The notes under the pieces: model-generated
Seen by the model: only the letters and a program-made list of their open reading frames with translations
Told to the model about the DNA's origin: nothing
The model's database searches: none
Translations under genes and position numbers: made by a program
From: Octopus vulgaris
Taxonomy: Eukaryota
Direction of reading: 5' to 3'
Assembly (NCBI GenBank): GCA_951406725.2
Contig: OX597828.1
Location: forward strand, 10,850,001 to 10,914,000
Length of the DNA: 64,000 nucleotides
In this document: positions 40,988 through 54,137 of the stretch, piece by piece
Numbering within the stretch: the first letter of the stretch is position 1
Layout: every line of letters starts with the position of its first letter

Positions 40988-42165
40988 AGGCGAGCTGGCA
41001 GATCAGGTAGCACGCCTGGCGAAATGGTTAGCAACATTTCGTCTGTTTACATTCAGAGTTCAAATTTTGCCGAGGTCGACTTTGCATTTCATCCTTTCGG
41101 GGTCGATAAATGAAGTACCAGTGAAACACCGGGGGCGATGTAATTGATTAGTCACCTCCCACAAAAATTTCAGGCCTTGTGCATATAGTAGAAGGGATTG
41201 TTATTATTATTGAGGTGCCGAGCTATCAGAACCGTTAGCACATTGGGCAACATTCTAAATAACTTTTTTTGTCAGTCCTTACGTTCTGAGTTCAAACTCC
41301 GTCGAGCTCAATTTTGGGTTTCATCCTTCGAGGTTCATAGATCAAGTACCAGCCAAGTACTGGGGTCGATATGATTGTCTCTCCACACAAAAATCCAAAC
41401 CTTGTGCCTACAGTAGAAGAGATTATTATTATTATTATTATTGAGTGAAAGAGCAGTTCATGCCATCAAAGTGACACTGGGGTAAAATATACGAAGCCCA
41501 ATATACCCATCATGACTACCCGTCTGATAAAGGTACACCAGGCACATGCATCACAACCATATGTGCGCGACATGGTGATCTCATATCAAGATAAACAGCA
41601 CATGACCTTGCAGGTGGGACCCAGTTAGAATTTTCTTCAGGTTGAGTAGTCCATCCCGCTCAAACGGTCCCTGAATAAGGGTTGCTTAAGGATGTTGAAA
41701 GAACCACCCATGTTTCCAGAGGTGAATTATTCGAATCCCAAAGAATCCCTCTCAACACATGGCTATGATGCTCCCCCACTACTTCTGCTCGTGATCAGAG
41801 ATGCACATATCGTCAGCCACTAAGGGACATGCTCAACTGGTTAAGGTCAAACAACTGACAAGCAAATCTGTGGTATTGAGCAGAATATTTGCTGTAGCCC
41901 ATCTTTTATACCAAGACAAAACAATGTACATGATAACACTTCCAATCAGTTAAGCTCAGAAGCCATGAGAGCCACTGCCTGGTACTGCATCAGGGCATAT
42001 TATTATTAGTATTATTATTATTATTTGAGTTTAAATTCTGCCGAGGTCGACTTTGCGTTTCATCCTTTCGGAGTCGATAAAATAAGTAGCAGTTACGCAC
42101 TGGGGTCAGTGTAATCGACTAATTTCCTTCTGCAAAATTGCTACCTTTGAGGCAACATCTGAAAA

Positions 42166-42196
<31 letters not shown>

Positions 42197-42201
42197 TGTG
42201 G

Positions 42202-42277
<76 letters not shown>

Positions 42278-42495
42278 AAGGTGGCGAGCTGTCAGAACTG
42301 TTAGCACGTTGGGTGAAACGATTAGTAGCATTTTCCTCCGTCTCACGCTCTGAGTTCAAAATCCACCAAGGTTGAATTTGCATTTTATCTGTTCAGGGTC
42401 AGTAAAATTAAGTACCAGTTGTACACTCGGCTCAGTCTATTCAGCATAACCCCCATTCCCCGATATTGCTGGCATTGTGCCAAATTTTGAAGCCA
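40988..42495 (+). mobile_element. Cluster of four co-oriented S1 (tail B) copies at ~40988, 41213, 42027 and 42279
   Basis: Repeated GAGTTCAAA...GAGGTCGACTTTGC...AAGTACCAG body, separated by (ATT)n and (TTG)n. Confidence 0.8.
41443..41998. mobile_element. Unassigned ~556-bp complex-sequence insertion within (ATT)n
   Basis: Sharp boundaries with (ATT)n on both sides; no ORF and no TIR seen. Confidence 0.5.
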
Positions 42496-43079
42496 CCACT
42501 ATTATTAATATTAATACATTTACAAAGAGCCAAAATCGTTGTCTGTTATACACACACACACACTGACGGTTACACACACGTATGGATGTGAGTCATTGTG
42601 TGTATATGTATACGTACATATGTCCGTGTGTGTATGTGTGTGTGAATTCACATATTTTCTTTTGTTTCTATTTCTGTTTTTTTTTTCCTTGTAAACTCTT
42701 ATTTTATTGGTAAGTTATTTTATGAAAAATACATTTGTTTGTAATGTTTTTTTGTTGTTTATTGTTGTGGTGTCGCTGTTGTGGTATGTTTTATTATTTT
42801 CCTCGCTTCCCTTGTTTGCCTTTGTATACTTAACCCGTTTCGTTGATGTTGTTGTTGTTCTTGTTGTAGTTGTTGTTGTTTCAAGACCTGTTACAATTGA
42901 TACTGTTGTTGTTGTTGTATCTTAAAATTATTTTTCATTTCTTTTGCGTTTGGTTTTTTTATTTGCTCCTTTGTTTTTGTTTTTTTTTATATCGATATGT
43001 ACTTTATTTTTATTATTTTATTTCTTTGCTCTCTTTGCACTTCATATTTTTCTCCTTGTTCTTTTATTCAATTTGTTAT

Positions 43080-43643
43080 TATATTTCATCATCATCATCG
43101 TCGTCGTCGTTATAATCATCAGCAGCAGCACCAACAGCACCTCCTTCCTTTTTTTCTGCTCTGCCTTACTCCTCATTCTCCTCCTCCTCCTCGTCCTCCT
43201 CCATCTTATCATCCTTCTTCTAATTATTTTTCTTTTCTAATTCTTTCTTAGTCTTATTATTATTATTGTTGTTGATGTTCTTGTTGCTTATGTTCTTGTT
43301 ATTCATAAAATGGAAGGCAAAGCGAATAAATATTAGTAATTCTTCTATTTTCTTCTTCTTCTTCTTCATTTTCTTCTTCTTCTTCTTCTTTTTCTTCTTC
43401 TTCTTCTTCTTCTTCTTCTTCTTCTTCTTCTTCTTCTTCTTCTTCTTCTTCTATTTTTCTTCTCCTATATCTTCTTCTGCTGCTGCTGCTTCTTCGTTTT
43501 TTCTTCTTTTACTTTTCTTTCATCAGCATCATCTTCGTCATTATCTTATTATTATTTTTATCATTATTATTCTTATCACCATCGTTATTATTATTATCAT
43601 TATTATTATTATTATTATTAGTAGTAGTAGTAGTAGTGGTAAT

Positions 43644-43712
<69 letters not shown>

Positions 43713-43893
43713 TTTTCCCCTGTTTTCTTTCTTCTAGATCTATGATCACCTTGGTGTTAAAGAATTTATTTGTTAGCACTTTAATTGAAGGTTTCTTGGA
43801 AGTCTTCCAGCTCCCAGCTCCATTCCCGTTTTTATAACTCCCAGGCCACTTCCATTAGTGCAAAAGAGTTCGTTGGTTTTGTTGCATTCGTAT

Positions 43894-43925
<32 letters not shown>

Positions 43926-44581
43926 CTGTTGTTGTTACTGTTGCTGCTGTTGTTGCTGATGCTGATAACTCTTGGTATTGCTGCTCCAGTTTTCAGTTTC
44001 GTTCAAGGCCTTGTCATTGACGTAGTAAGTGCTGCTGTTGCTGTTGCTGGTGATGATGCTGCCCATGATGGTGAAACTCATTATGATGATGATGATGGTG
44101 ATGATGATAATGATGATGATGATGATGACGATTATGATCGTGGTGATGATGGTGGTGGTGGTGATGATGATGATGATGGTGGAGGTGGTGGTGGTAGTGT
44201 TGATGATGATGATGATGATATTGATGATGACGATGATGATGAGGATGATGGTGATGGTGAAGATGATGATGATGATGACCACGATGAATATAATGATGAT
44301 GTTGGTGGTGATAATGATCATGGTGAAGGTGATGGTGGTAATGGTGGTGGTGGTGATGATGATGATGATGACGACGAGGATGTGCAATGTGCTCATGATG
44401 ACGTTTGATGACGACACTGATGATAATGAATGCTGAGATGCTGCCACTAGTACTGTTAAGACAAAGAGGAAAGGAAGAGAATGTTAAGACGATAATGATG
44501 ATTATCAGAAGGACATGTCAGTGAAGAGGCTGGTGGTGATGGTGGTGAAGACGAAGATGATGATAATGATGATGATGGATA

Positions 44582-44658
<77 letters not shown>

Positions 44659-45234
44659 GATGATGACGATGATGATGATGATGATGATGATGATGACGAT
44701 ACGACAATGACGATGATGATGATGATGATGATGATGGTGGTGTCGATGATGATTACATTATGATGACAACAATGATGATGAGGAGGGGGAGGAGAGGGAG
44801 GAGGGAAAGATGCAGCTGCTAGCGAAAACTATGGTGATGAAGCTGATTATGTTATTTGCTAAGAAGGTGTTGTTTGTTGTCGTTGTTGTTGTTGCTGCTG
44901 CTGCTGGCGGTGGTGATGGTAGCTGTGTTAGTGGTCAAAGTTGTACTAATGATGATGGCAGTGTTGATGGCGTTGTTCGTGGTGGTGGATTTGGCGGTGA
45001 CGACGATGACGACGGCGACGACTATGTTGTTGATGATAATGATGATAATGTATGCGTTGGCGGTGGTCTCAATGGTGTTAGCAGTGATGTAAGTAGAGGC
45101 GTTTGTGGTACTATTGGTGCGTGTTTCTGTTTTACTTTTAGTTCTTGTAATTTCTCTCATAATTTCACTTGCCAAGGCCTTTAGTAAATTTTCCACATTC
45201 ATAGACACATACATACACACACACACACACACAT

Positions 45235-45270
<36 letters not shown>

Positions 45271-46231
45271 GCATATATATATATATATATATATAAACAT
45301 ACATCATACATATATATACATATATGCCTTATATATATGCATATATATATATATATATACATATATATACATGTATATATATTTATTTATATATATGTAT
45401 GCACATAAATACACGTATGTATGTATATATATATATATATTTCAAGTTATTTTATACGTTAATGTTTTCTGTAATTTTTTTTATCTTTTATTCCCAGATT
45501 CTTTTTTTTATTAATTTTTATTAACTTTTATGTTTTATTTTTCGCAGCTCGTGTGATTGATAAGTTACTCGTCTGATGCAACTGTCATATCACTCAAGAA
45601 CCGCTCTTGGATTTACTGCCTTCCTAGCTGTGTTTCTTTGCCAACTAGTTCCCTGTCTAATGCCTGGCTATTCCAAAAAAGAATGACTAAATTATATTAT
45701 ATATACAGCTGTATTCGTTATAGCTGTTATTCTTGTTGTTGTTGTTGCTGTTGTTGTTGTTCTTGGTGTTTTCTCTTTTCAGTTTTTTTTCTCTTTATTA
45801 TATATATGTTTTTTTTTAATATTTTTCCCGCCCTTTCCATTTTTTTTTCTAATCAAATCAACATCACCGGTACTATTATCATCGCCGACGTGATATCGAC
45901 GGCAGCAACATCACCAATAACTGAAAGAAAGTCGACAGCAAAGGCAATAACAACGTTAAGGAGAAACAAAGACTACAACAGAAGAAGAAGAAGAAGAAGA
46001 AGAAGAAGAAGAAGAAGAAGGAAGGAAGGAAGGAAAGATAAAACTTACATATCAAAGTAATATAAAGAACATACACAAATACATAACATAGAAAAGGCAA
46101 AAAAAAAAAACAAGAGGGCGCCTTCTTCGTATTCAGATCTCTTCAGAAACACCAATGTTATCATTATCTTAGTTGTCATCAATACCACATCAACCAGCCA
46201 ACAAAGCCAACATCATAATCGTCGTCGTCGG

Positions 46232-46284
<53 letters not shown>

Positions 46285-46520
46285 CCTTCTTCTTCTTCTT
46301 CTTCTTCTTCTTCTTCTTCTTCTTCTTCTTCTTCTTCTTCTTCTTCTTCTTCTTCTTCTTCTTCTTCTTCTTCTATATCCTTCCTTCTTGCTCTTCTCTA
46401 CATCCTCTTTTTGTTTCTCCTCCTTCATCTTCATCATCATCATCATTATCATTTTCTTCACATTCTTCTCCTCCTCCTCCTTCTTCTTGTTCTTCATCAT
46501 TATCATCAACAACAACAACA
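43080..46520. repeat. Large block of trinucleotide repeats (TTC, AGT, TTG, GAT, GGT, CAT)
   Basis: Read directly; produces homopolymer ORFs in all frames. Confidence 0.9.
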
Positions 46521-46946
46521 ACAGCAACCTCATCCCACTGAACATGGCTATCCGTCCCACCATAATTCTGGTTGACATATACGTTACGATTATCGTTGCG
46601 ATCATCTGAACAATCACCGGTATCATAATCAACATTTTCATGGCAGTGAAATAATAGTAATAATATTTTTTTCATTTGTGGTACAACGCCAGCAATTCTA
46701 TGGTAAGTGTAAGTGGACTACAATGACCCCAGGGCTTAGCAGATAATTACTTTATTGACCGTCAATGAATGAAAAGGGAAGTCGACCTTGGAGTTATTTG
46801 AGATCAACGTAAACATGGACGAAATGCTCGTAAGTGTTTCTTCTGGCATGCTAACGATTCTGCCGGCTCCATGCCTTAATGTTGATGACGGTGATGACAA
46901 TAATAATAGTGATAATAACAACAACAACAACAGTGATAATAATAAT

Positions 46947-47225
46947 GGTACCAGGAAACCCCAAAAGATAGTACTCATGGGAACTGCTCATATCCTACGC
47001 AAAATGCTTTCTATGTAATCTCATTTTTTAAAACAAACACAATTTTTGTATGGTTTCTTAAACATTCTCTAGAATAACATTACGTACAAAACCAAATATA
47101 TGGTACCCTAGGCATAACACTAACATGAACTTCCAACTTGTTGTCTCTTGAGGTCTCTGGGTGAGACTTGGAGCCAACTTGTACAAAGGTAAAGCAAAGG
47201 CAAACATAAAATAACAATAATAATT
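46947..47225 (+). mobile_element. R4/Dong-type LINE 3' end in (TAA)n, family a
   Basis: QKIVLMGTAHILRKMLSM* (REL-domain C-terminus) plus 3' UTR; (TAA)n flanks. Confidence 0.75.
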
Positions 47226-47294
47226 TCATTTATTTGCTTCAAGGGCGAATGATAAGGTGGACAGTATAGAGATAGACATAAAGTGTGGGGTTTC

Positions 47295-47346
<52 letters not shown>

Positions 47347-47349
<3 letters not shown>

Positions 47350-47613
47350 TGGTCAATGAAGAGAGTAGACGTGATACCAGTAATAACTGGTGCACTTGGA
47401 AATATCAGCACTCAATTACCAGCAAGGCTGAAAAGGGTTGGTGCAAGTGTGAAGGTAGAAGACCTAGAACAATCAACATTGCCTGCAACTGTAAGAATTC
47501 TTCGCAGGGTTCTTGATGCATGACCTGGAAACAAGTGTCACCTCAGTCTGCAGACTGTGGACATCTGACACTTTCCATCATACCCAGCAAACTAAGCTGT
47601 GAATTTTGATATG
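47347..47613 (+). mobile_element. R4/Dong-type LINE 3' end in (TAA)n, family b
   Basis: WSMKRVDVIPVITGALG...EQSTLPATVRILRRVLDA*; (TAA)n flanks. Confidence 0.75.
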
Positions 47614-47633
47614 ATAATAATAATAATAATAAT

Positions 47634-47805
47634 TTTTTTCTTTGTATTAGACATTCACTAGTACAACACCAAAAAAAACTCAAATATATGGCACACTAGG
47701 CATAACAACAACGTGAACTTCCAACCTGTTGTTCTCTTGAGGTCTCTGGGTGAGACTTGGAGCCAACTTGTACAGACATAAAGCAAAAGTCAAACATAGA
47801 ATAAC
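47634..47805 (+). mobile_element. R4/Dong family a 3' UTR, second copy
   Basis: Matches 47040-47220 (TCTTGAGGTCTCTGGGTGAGACTTGGAGCCAACTTGTACA); followed by long (TAA)n. Confidence 0.75.
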
Positions 47806-47829
47806 AATAATAATAATAATAATAATAAT

Positions 47830-47894
<65 letters not shown>

Positions 47895-47940
47895 TGATGA
47901 TGATAATAGTAATAATAATAATTATAATAATAATAATAAT

Positions 47941-48150
47941 CCTTTCTATTATAGGCACAAGGCCTGAAATTTCGTGGCAAGGGGCTAGCCGATTACATCG
48001 AACCCAGTACGCAACTGGTACTTAATTTATCGACTCTGAAAGGACGATAGGTAAGATCGATCCCGGTGGAATTTGAACTCAGAACGTGAAAACGAGTGAA
48101 ATGCCTCTAACAATTTTGTCCGGCGTGCTAACGATTCTGCCAGCTCACCA
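47941..48150 (-). mobile_element. SINE family S1 (tail B)
   Basis: GAGCTGGCAGAATCGTTAGCACGCC head, AGGCCTTGTGCCTATAATAGAAAGG tail. Confidence 0.8.
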
Positions 48151-49431
48151 TCTGAGGCTGGTAATAATAATAATATATATTGCGGGTGTCCGAAGGGGCA
48201 AGAGAAAAACAATTCGCTAATGTTCTTGTGCAGTGTGACTGAACTCAAACCTGGATGGTTGTAGAGCGACTTCTTGGCCACACGGCCATTTCTAACAAAT
48301 ACATATTGATTTTGGACTATCTGTGTCAGAATCACATAGGTTTACGTCGATTCTTTTATTTGCCTGGTACTTTCTTTTATCGATTTCGGAATTATGTAAA
48401 GCAAAGGTGTCAGGGTGATTTCTTAACTAAGAGCGTAATGGGACGTAAGTAAGCACCACCCGGCATTTCGTTCATATCGGGCCACTACTTATATTTGACG
48501 GTCTGGCATACCTCAATTTGCCGCAACGCGTGAAACTAGAGGAGCTGTCAAATCGAAATATATTGGGAGAGAAAAAAATGAGTGAGATTGAGAGGGAGAC
48601 AGGAGAGAGAAGAAATATATAGGAGAAAAAAAAGATTAGATACATCTGAGTATTGTTCCAGACATGACAGTGACTAAACTGCTTGTCACTTGTCATTGCA
48701 TGAGACAAGGTGTGTATCACTGGGTAAACACCCCGAACTGAAGTGTGCTGTCCGATGTAGATATTGTTTCGCTCAAAATTACGGCTGAATTGTTCATCGG
48801 AATTTAAAAGTACAAGCTAGCATAAAAAAAATGTAGCTATTTGACTTGCTAAAAAAACATCCACGATTCTATTTCGAATTACAGTTAACTGTCTGAGGAA
48901 AATTATCTAAACAAACACACAACTACACGAATGCATATATACGTACGAACGACCCCACGAACACAAAAATACGCACAATCACACACACACATATAAATAA
49001 GTATTTATGTACATATACGTCTATATATGTGTGTGTGTACATATATATATATATATTTATGTATGTGTGTGTGTTTGCGTATATATAAAACTATGTGTTT
49101 GCGTATAAGTAAGGATTTAATTAGAAAAAAAAAACAAGAAAGCATTTACGTTTCTAAACCCTTATACATTCTGCGAAAGTTTGTATATACACATACTGAA
49201 GTATAAATATGAAAACTTGATCCCACGCCTCAACCACCCGATTTCCACCCATTAGTGTCCATCTATTACCTACCTAGTGTCTGTACTTTGGGGCTGACAT
49301 AAAACCAGTTAAAAATTCATATACAAATGCATTGTTCTCACAAATCGTAATGCGTAAGCAAACCGCTAGCAAGTTGGGTTCTAATTTTCGTTTTCCACTA
49401 GTTCATGGTCTTAGGTTCTATCATGTTGTGA

Positions 49432-49735
49432 GGCACGGGACAGCCAAAGCCTTGTGATAGGATTTGACAGCTGCAAACTGAAAGAAACCAGTCTTATGTA
49501 TACATACATATGTTTGTGCGTATGAGTGCGTGTATGTGTGGGAATAAGTGTGTTTGTGTGTGTGTTTGTCCCTGAACATCGCTTTACAACCGGCTTGTTT
49601 GGGTCGACATAACACAGCGGTTCCGGAAAAGAGTTCGATAGAATAAGTCCAAGCTTGAAACATAGATATTGAGATTCTCAAGGCGGGGCCCCAATATGGC
49701 CGCAACGCAATAGCTGACAAAAGTAGAAAGGAGAA
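49432..49735 (+). mobile_element. Old SINE S2
   Basis: CCAAAGCCTTGTG...AAACTGAAAGAAACC...AAGGCGGGGCCCCAATATGGCCGCA. Confidence 0.65.
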
Positions 49736-50069
49736 GATAAGTTTATAGCATGGGTTGTTTTTTTTTTACTTTTGTTTACTATTGCGCGCATTTTTTTAAA
49801 ATTATGAAAAACAAACTGATGCTAAAAAGACGAGATTAATCGATAGTCATATAATGTAGGACGTAGGAAAAACGAGAGATTGGAGAGGTAAGGAAGTACA
49901 AGGTAGAGAAAAGAAGAAAAGGTGATAATTACAAATGAAACAATTATAGTGCTGCTGCTCTTGCTGTTGATCCTGGGGTACAGATAATTCGCAATCGAGA
50001 CTAGGGTCTGAAAGTTTACCACACTGTAGTGGGTTATACCATGGTTCCTCTGCTTTGTGGCAGAAGTAT

Positions 50070-50258
50070 GAAGAAAGAGTGAGAGAAATTTGTGGCGAAA
50101 GAGTACAGCGCGGTTCATCCCATCCCCACCACCACCGGAGACACGTGGGGCTTAGGTGTTTTTGCTCAATAAACACTCACAATGCCCGGTCTAGGAAGCG
50201 AAACCGCGTTCTTACGACCGCGAGTCCGCTGTCCTAAGCACTGGGCCATTGCACCTAC
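50070..50258 (-). mobile_element. SINE S3 5' part
   Basis: GCAATGGCCCAGTGCTTAGGACAGCGGACTCGCGG head. Confidence 0.75.
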
Positions 50259-51072
50259 ACTGCTGCTGTTGTTTACGCCTTTGTCGCACCTGACGAAAGC
50301 TGTGACGACGGACGATCGTACTATGATTGTCAGTCGCTAACATGACATGTTATCATTTCTTCCAGCTTTCTTTTTCAGAAATTGTTTCCGAAACTATTCC
50401 AAAGCACATCATTCAGGGAATGATTCGAGGTATTTAATATACTACTATAGCATGATGAGCATCCACAGGGGAGTTCTGGTGATGGTTCGACTTCAGTTGT
50501 GGTGAGGTTGATGATGATGGTGATTATGTCGATCACGACGACGACGGAAGCATATCCCAGAGCTGTTTTCCCGTTTTAACGATTCTGCTAGCTCCACTGG
50601 TCATCGTTTGCAATGATAATATTTTCTCAAGAAAAGAAAATTCAATATCTTTTCTGGAAACGGTCGACGTGGCAGACACTATCAACCCACTCATACCCAG
50701 CAGTTTTGGGACACTTTGTTGTTCCAAATATTTTCCTGGAAACTTGAACGAAAATAAGGAAATTTATATCATCTAACTGTTTTATTACATGTCTAAGAGA
50801 AAAGCAAACACATGAAAATACACACATACACATACACGTATATCTATCATCAAAATTAGTTTCATTTTTCATTATGATTTATTTATTCTTCTCGTCTGAC
50901 GAGAATTTTTCAAAACGTTTGGAACACAAAATTCTCTGATCTATTATATGGACTCGTCCTGTGGGTTTTGTTGTGTCGGTGCTTACTAATGCTCTACGGA
51001 ACACACATTTTGAAATTCAACAAGTGCGATACCGGTCATGTGTATATCTATTTATCTATCTATCTGTCTCTT

Positions 51073-51130
<58 letters not shown>

Positions 51131-51132
<2 letters not shown>

Positions 51133-51379
51133 ACTTATAAATAAGGGCAAACCAAAAAATTTTTCAACGCCGAATATGCCGAAATTAGACACATTGTCCA
51201 TAACCATTATAACTATAATGGTTATGGACAATGTGTCTAATTTCGGCATATTTGGCATTGAAAAAGTTTTTGGGTTTGCCCTTATTTATAAGTTGTTTAT
51301 AAGTTTAACTTTTAAAGGTATTTTTTAATATGCTGGCCATTGATAACATTTTTTCGGAAAAAAAAAATTTATTCTACAT

Positions 51380-51382
<3 letters not shown>
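51131..51382. mobile_element. Hammerhead-element family copy 3: near-perfect 165-bp palindrome plus read-through
   Basis: 51131-51295 is self-complementary around CCATTATA-AC-TATAATGG; the sequence matches the 3' end and then the start of 22196-22716; (TA)n on both sides. Confidence 0.85.
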
Positions 51383-51428
<46 letters not shown>

Positions 51429-51438
51429 GTGTGTGTGT

Positions 51439-51479
<41 letters not shown>

Positions 51480-51519
51480 TGTGTATGTGTGTATGTTTGT
51501 ATGTATGTATGAAATTAAA

Positions 51520-52060
51520 TAATAAGGGTAGAATTTGATATTAATCAATTAAAACCAGTGACTTAGCATATTTAAAAATCAGAAGATTAAAAATTGTGTT
51601 ATATACAAGATTAAGAAGAATGACCACTAAAGTGGACGCCTAATATGCTAAACATAGATGTCAAATCGCCATTACCACAAAGAACGTGTTCTCAAGAAAA
51701 ATTAAAGCAAAAAGCCAAAATGTAAAGATGAGCAAGACAAATGAAAATATACGAAATAAAAAACGATATCCTATGTACCAATGGTTTCAATTGTTACCAT
51801 CTACGTAAGTAAACACGCAGATATCTGCAAGATCGTCAGCGTAGTCTGTCGCTTACAAAACACAATTTCCAGAATTAGATACCGAAAGCTGAACCGAAAT
51901 TGAGCGTGTATAAATTTCGACAGATTATATTTGGGCGCATTTTTCAAATGTCTTCAATTTGGCGCACTGAGGCCGGAAATTACTCTGCATTTAATAAATT
52001 TCAGCAGCCAATTTAACGGTTAGAGAACGTTTTTTGTATTTAAAATTAAAACAATTTTTA
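51520..52060 (-). mobile_element. PLE-like non-coding element with hammerhead motif at 51771-51844
   Basis: Minus strand CTACG-CTGACGA-TCTTG...CAATT-GAAA-CCATTGG-TA-CATAG; homologous to 11152-11580. Confidence 0.6.
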
Positions 52061-52203
52061 AATTTCACTAGACATTTCCCTTCTAACGGACAGGAGCTTT
52101 CGTTTTTGCAATTACATTTCTTTTGCAATTACATTTCAAATGTAAATCTGAAAGACCATAAAGACAATTTTAGTAGAAACCCCAAATGTAAACCATTAAG
52201 AAA

Positions 52204-52656
52204 TGTAATTTCAAAAACGAAAGCTCCTGTCCGTTAGAAGGGAAATGTCTAGTGAAAGGAGTAGTTTATAGAGCCAAGGTGCAAGTGGAAGGCTCATCGG
52301 AATACAAGACATACACAGGGGCTTCAGAAAATTCATTTAAAACAAGATTTTATTCTCATAAGAATTCTTTTAAATACCCAGAGAATAGAAAGAAAACCAG
52401 CCTAGCAAAATATGTCTGGGAACTAAAAGAAAAGGAAGCCCCACCTTTCAACGTGACATGGAGCATTCTGGACAGGGCGGCACCATACAGGCATGGAGCT
52501 TACAAATATAATTTCAAGTGCAGGCTTTGCTTATTAGAAAAAATGCACATATTATTCAAAGACAATAATTCTTTGAATCAAAGAAGTGAATTAATGAACT
52601 TATGTAGGCACAAGGCTAAATTTAAAATGTCGAATATAAATATACCATATGGATAG
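52204..52656 (+). pseudogene. Penelope-like element C-terminal GIY-YIG endonuclease (5'-truncated)
   Basis: CPLEGKCLVKGVVY...YTG...FKTRFYSHKNSF...CRLCLLEKMHI...LNQRSEL...CRH, frame uninterrupted. Confidence 0.85.
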
Positions 52657-53666
52657 AGTATATATTTTGTATTTTGATTTTTTGATTTTGATTTTGACTC
52701 TTGAGCGCTACAACGGACCTATAGCAAAGTCTTATTGTTTCTACATATATATTAGGAAAAACCTACAAACTTTGTTTTCATGTTATTGTATTGCATAAGA
52801 TTACCTTGATTATTTATATTACCTTGATTATTTATAAATGACCCAAAATAGGATGTTATATTTTATTTTATAGGTCTTTCGTATATATTTTTATTAATGC
52901 ACCCATTTTTTAAAAGCAATGTATTTTTTATAAAAAAAGCAATGTTGTCAAATTTAGAATGTTTATATAAGTTTGTGTATAGCAAAGCATATGTATTTGT
53001 AAGCATGCGTATCTGTGTATGTGTAAGTGAAAGTATGCTTGTGCTTAAGCACACATATACACGACGGTATGTATATGTATCAATTCAAACTTGTGTATGT
53101 ATACTGGCCTCTATAGATGCCAAATAACATCGCTACAAGTTTTTTCCCCACCCCTCCTCCGTTCCTTTTTCTCTCTTTCCCTTTCTTTCGTTCCCCCTCC
53201 TTGCTCAGTATATGAGAATTGCTACATAGATGAATTTTAGCTTGCGTGCGAGACGGTTTGCGTGAATATATGTACACATGCTTTTATGTGTATAATTTAG
53301 ATTCATATTCATACGTCTGTATATGTATGTATGGCGTTTACGCGCATCCTTTTGTGTATGTTGATATATATATGTGGATTTTAATATAAATATGTATTGC
53401 AGTATTTATAACAGGTTTAATTTCTATGCATTAATTTGTACTGTCTTCATTAACGGCAACAGGTTTTTTCCTCGGTATTTTCCTCGGATTTTATAATTTT
53501 TATAAGTTTTTATATATATATACATATATTTTTGACCTTTTTGTTTATCGCTCGAAGATTGACCGTTTTTTCTAAAGGGCCAATCAAACAAGTCCATTTC
53601 TTTTTAAAGGTGTAGCGTTTGTAAGAGTATAGATTGAATTAATATATATGTTCCATTCTAGCAAAA

Positions 53667-53704
53667 CTGTCTGATGAACGGCTACGAGAAACTCAGAGTA
53701 ACAG
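53667..53704 (+). ncRNA. Minimal hammerhead motif in the 3' region of the PLE
   Basis: CTGT-CTGATGA-ACGGCTACGA-GAAA-CTCAGAG-TA-ACAG; stem I CTGT/ACAG, stem III CTC/GAG; ~60 bp before (TA)n. Confidence 0.65.
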
Positions 53705-53762
53705 AGCTCTTGCTTAAAATATATACTCTACCAGCTGGAATATTTATCTACTCCTTTTTCCA

Positions 53763-53885
<123 letters not shown>

Positions 53886-54091
53886 ATATATATGTGTGTG
53901 TGTGTGTCTGTGTCAGTGTGTGTGTGCATGTGTGTGTGCGTGTTTGTGTGTACGTGGTGTACATGTGTGTATACAGGCATATATAAAAATTAATTAAAAT
54001 TTATATGCTTCTTCATATGTTCTCTGCAGATTTTCAGTTCCATTCACTTGCGCACTTTTACACTGCTATATGTTTGGATTAGAAACGACAG

Positions 54092-54137
<46 letters not shown>

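Noticed and set aside
43266-46675. Poly-F, poly-D, poly-H, poly-R and poly-M ORFs
   Set aside because: Trinucleotide repeats open in several frames on both strands with no complex domain.
50895-50940. CTGACGA with GAATTTT/AAAATTC stem
   Set aside because: GAAA and stem III are missing at the expected position.
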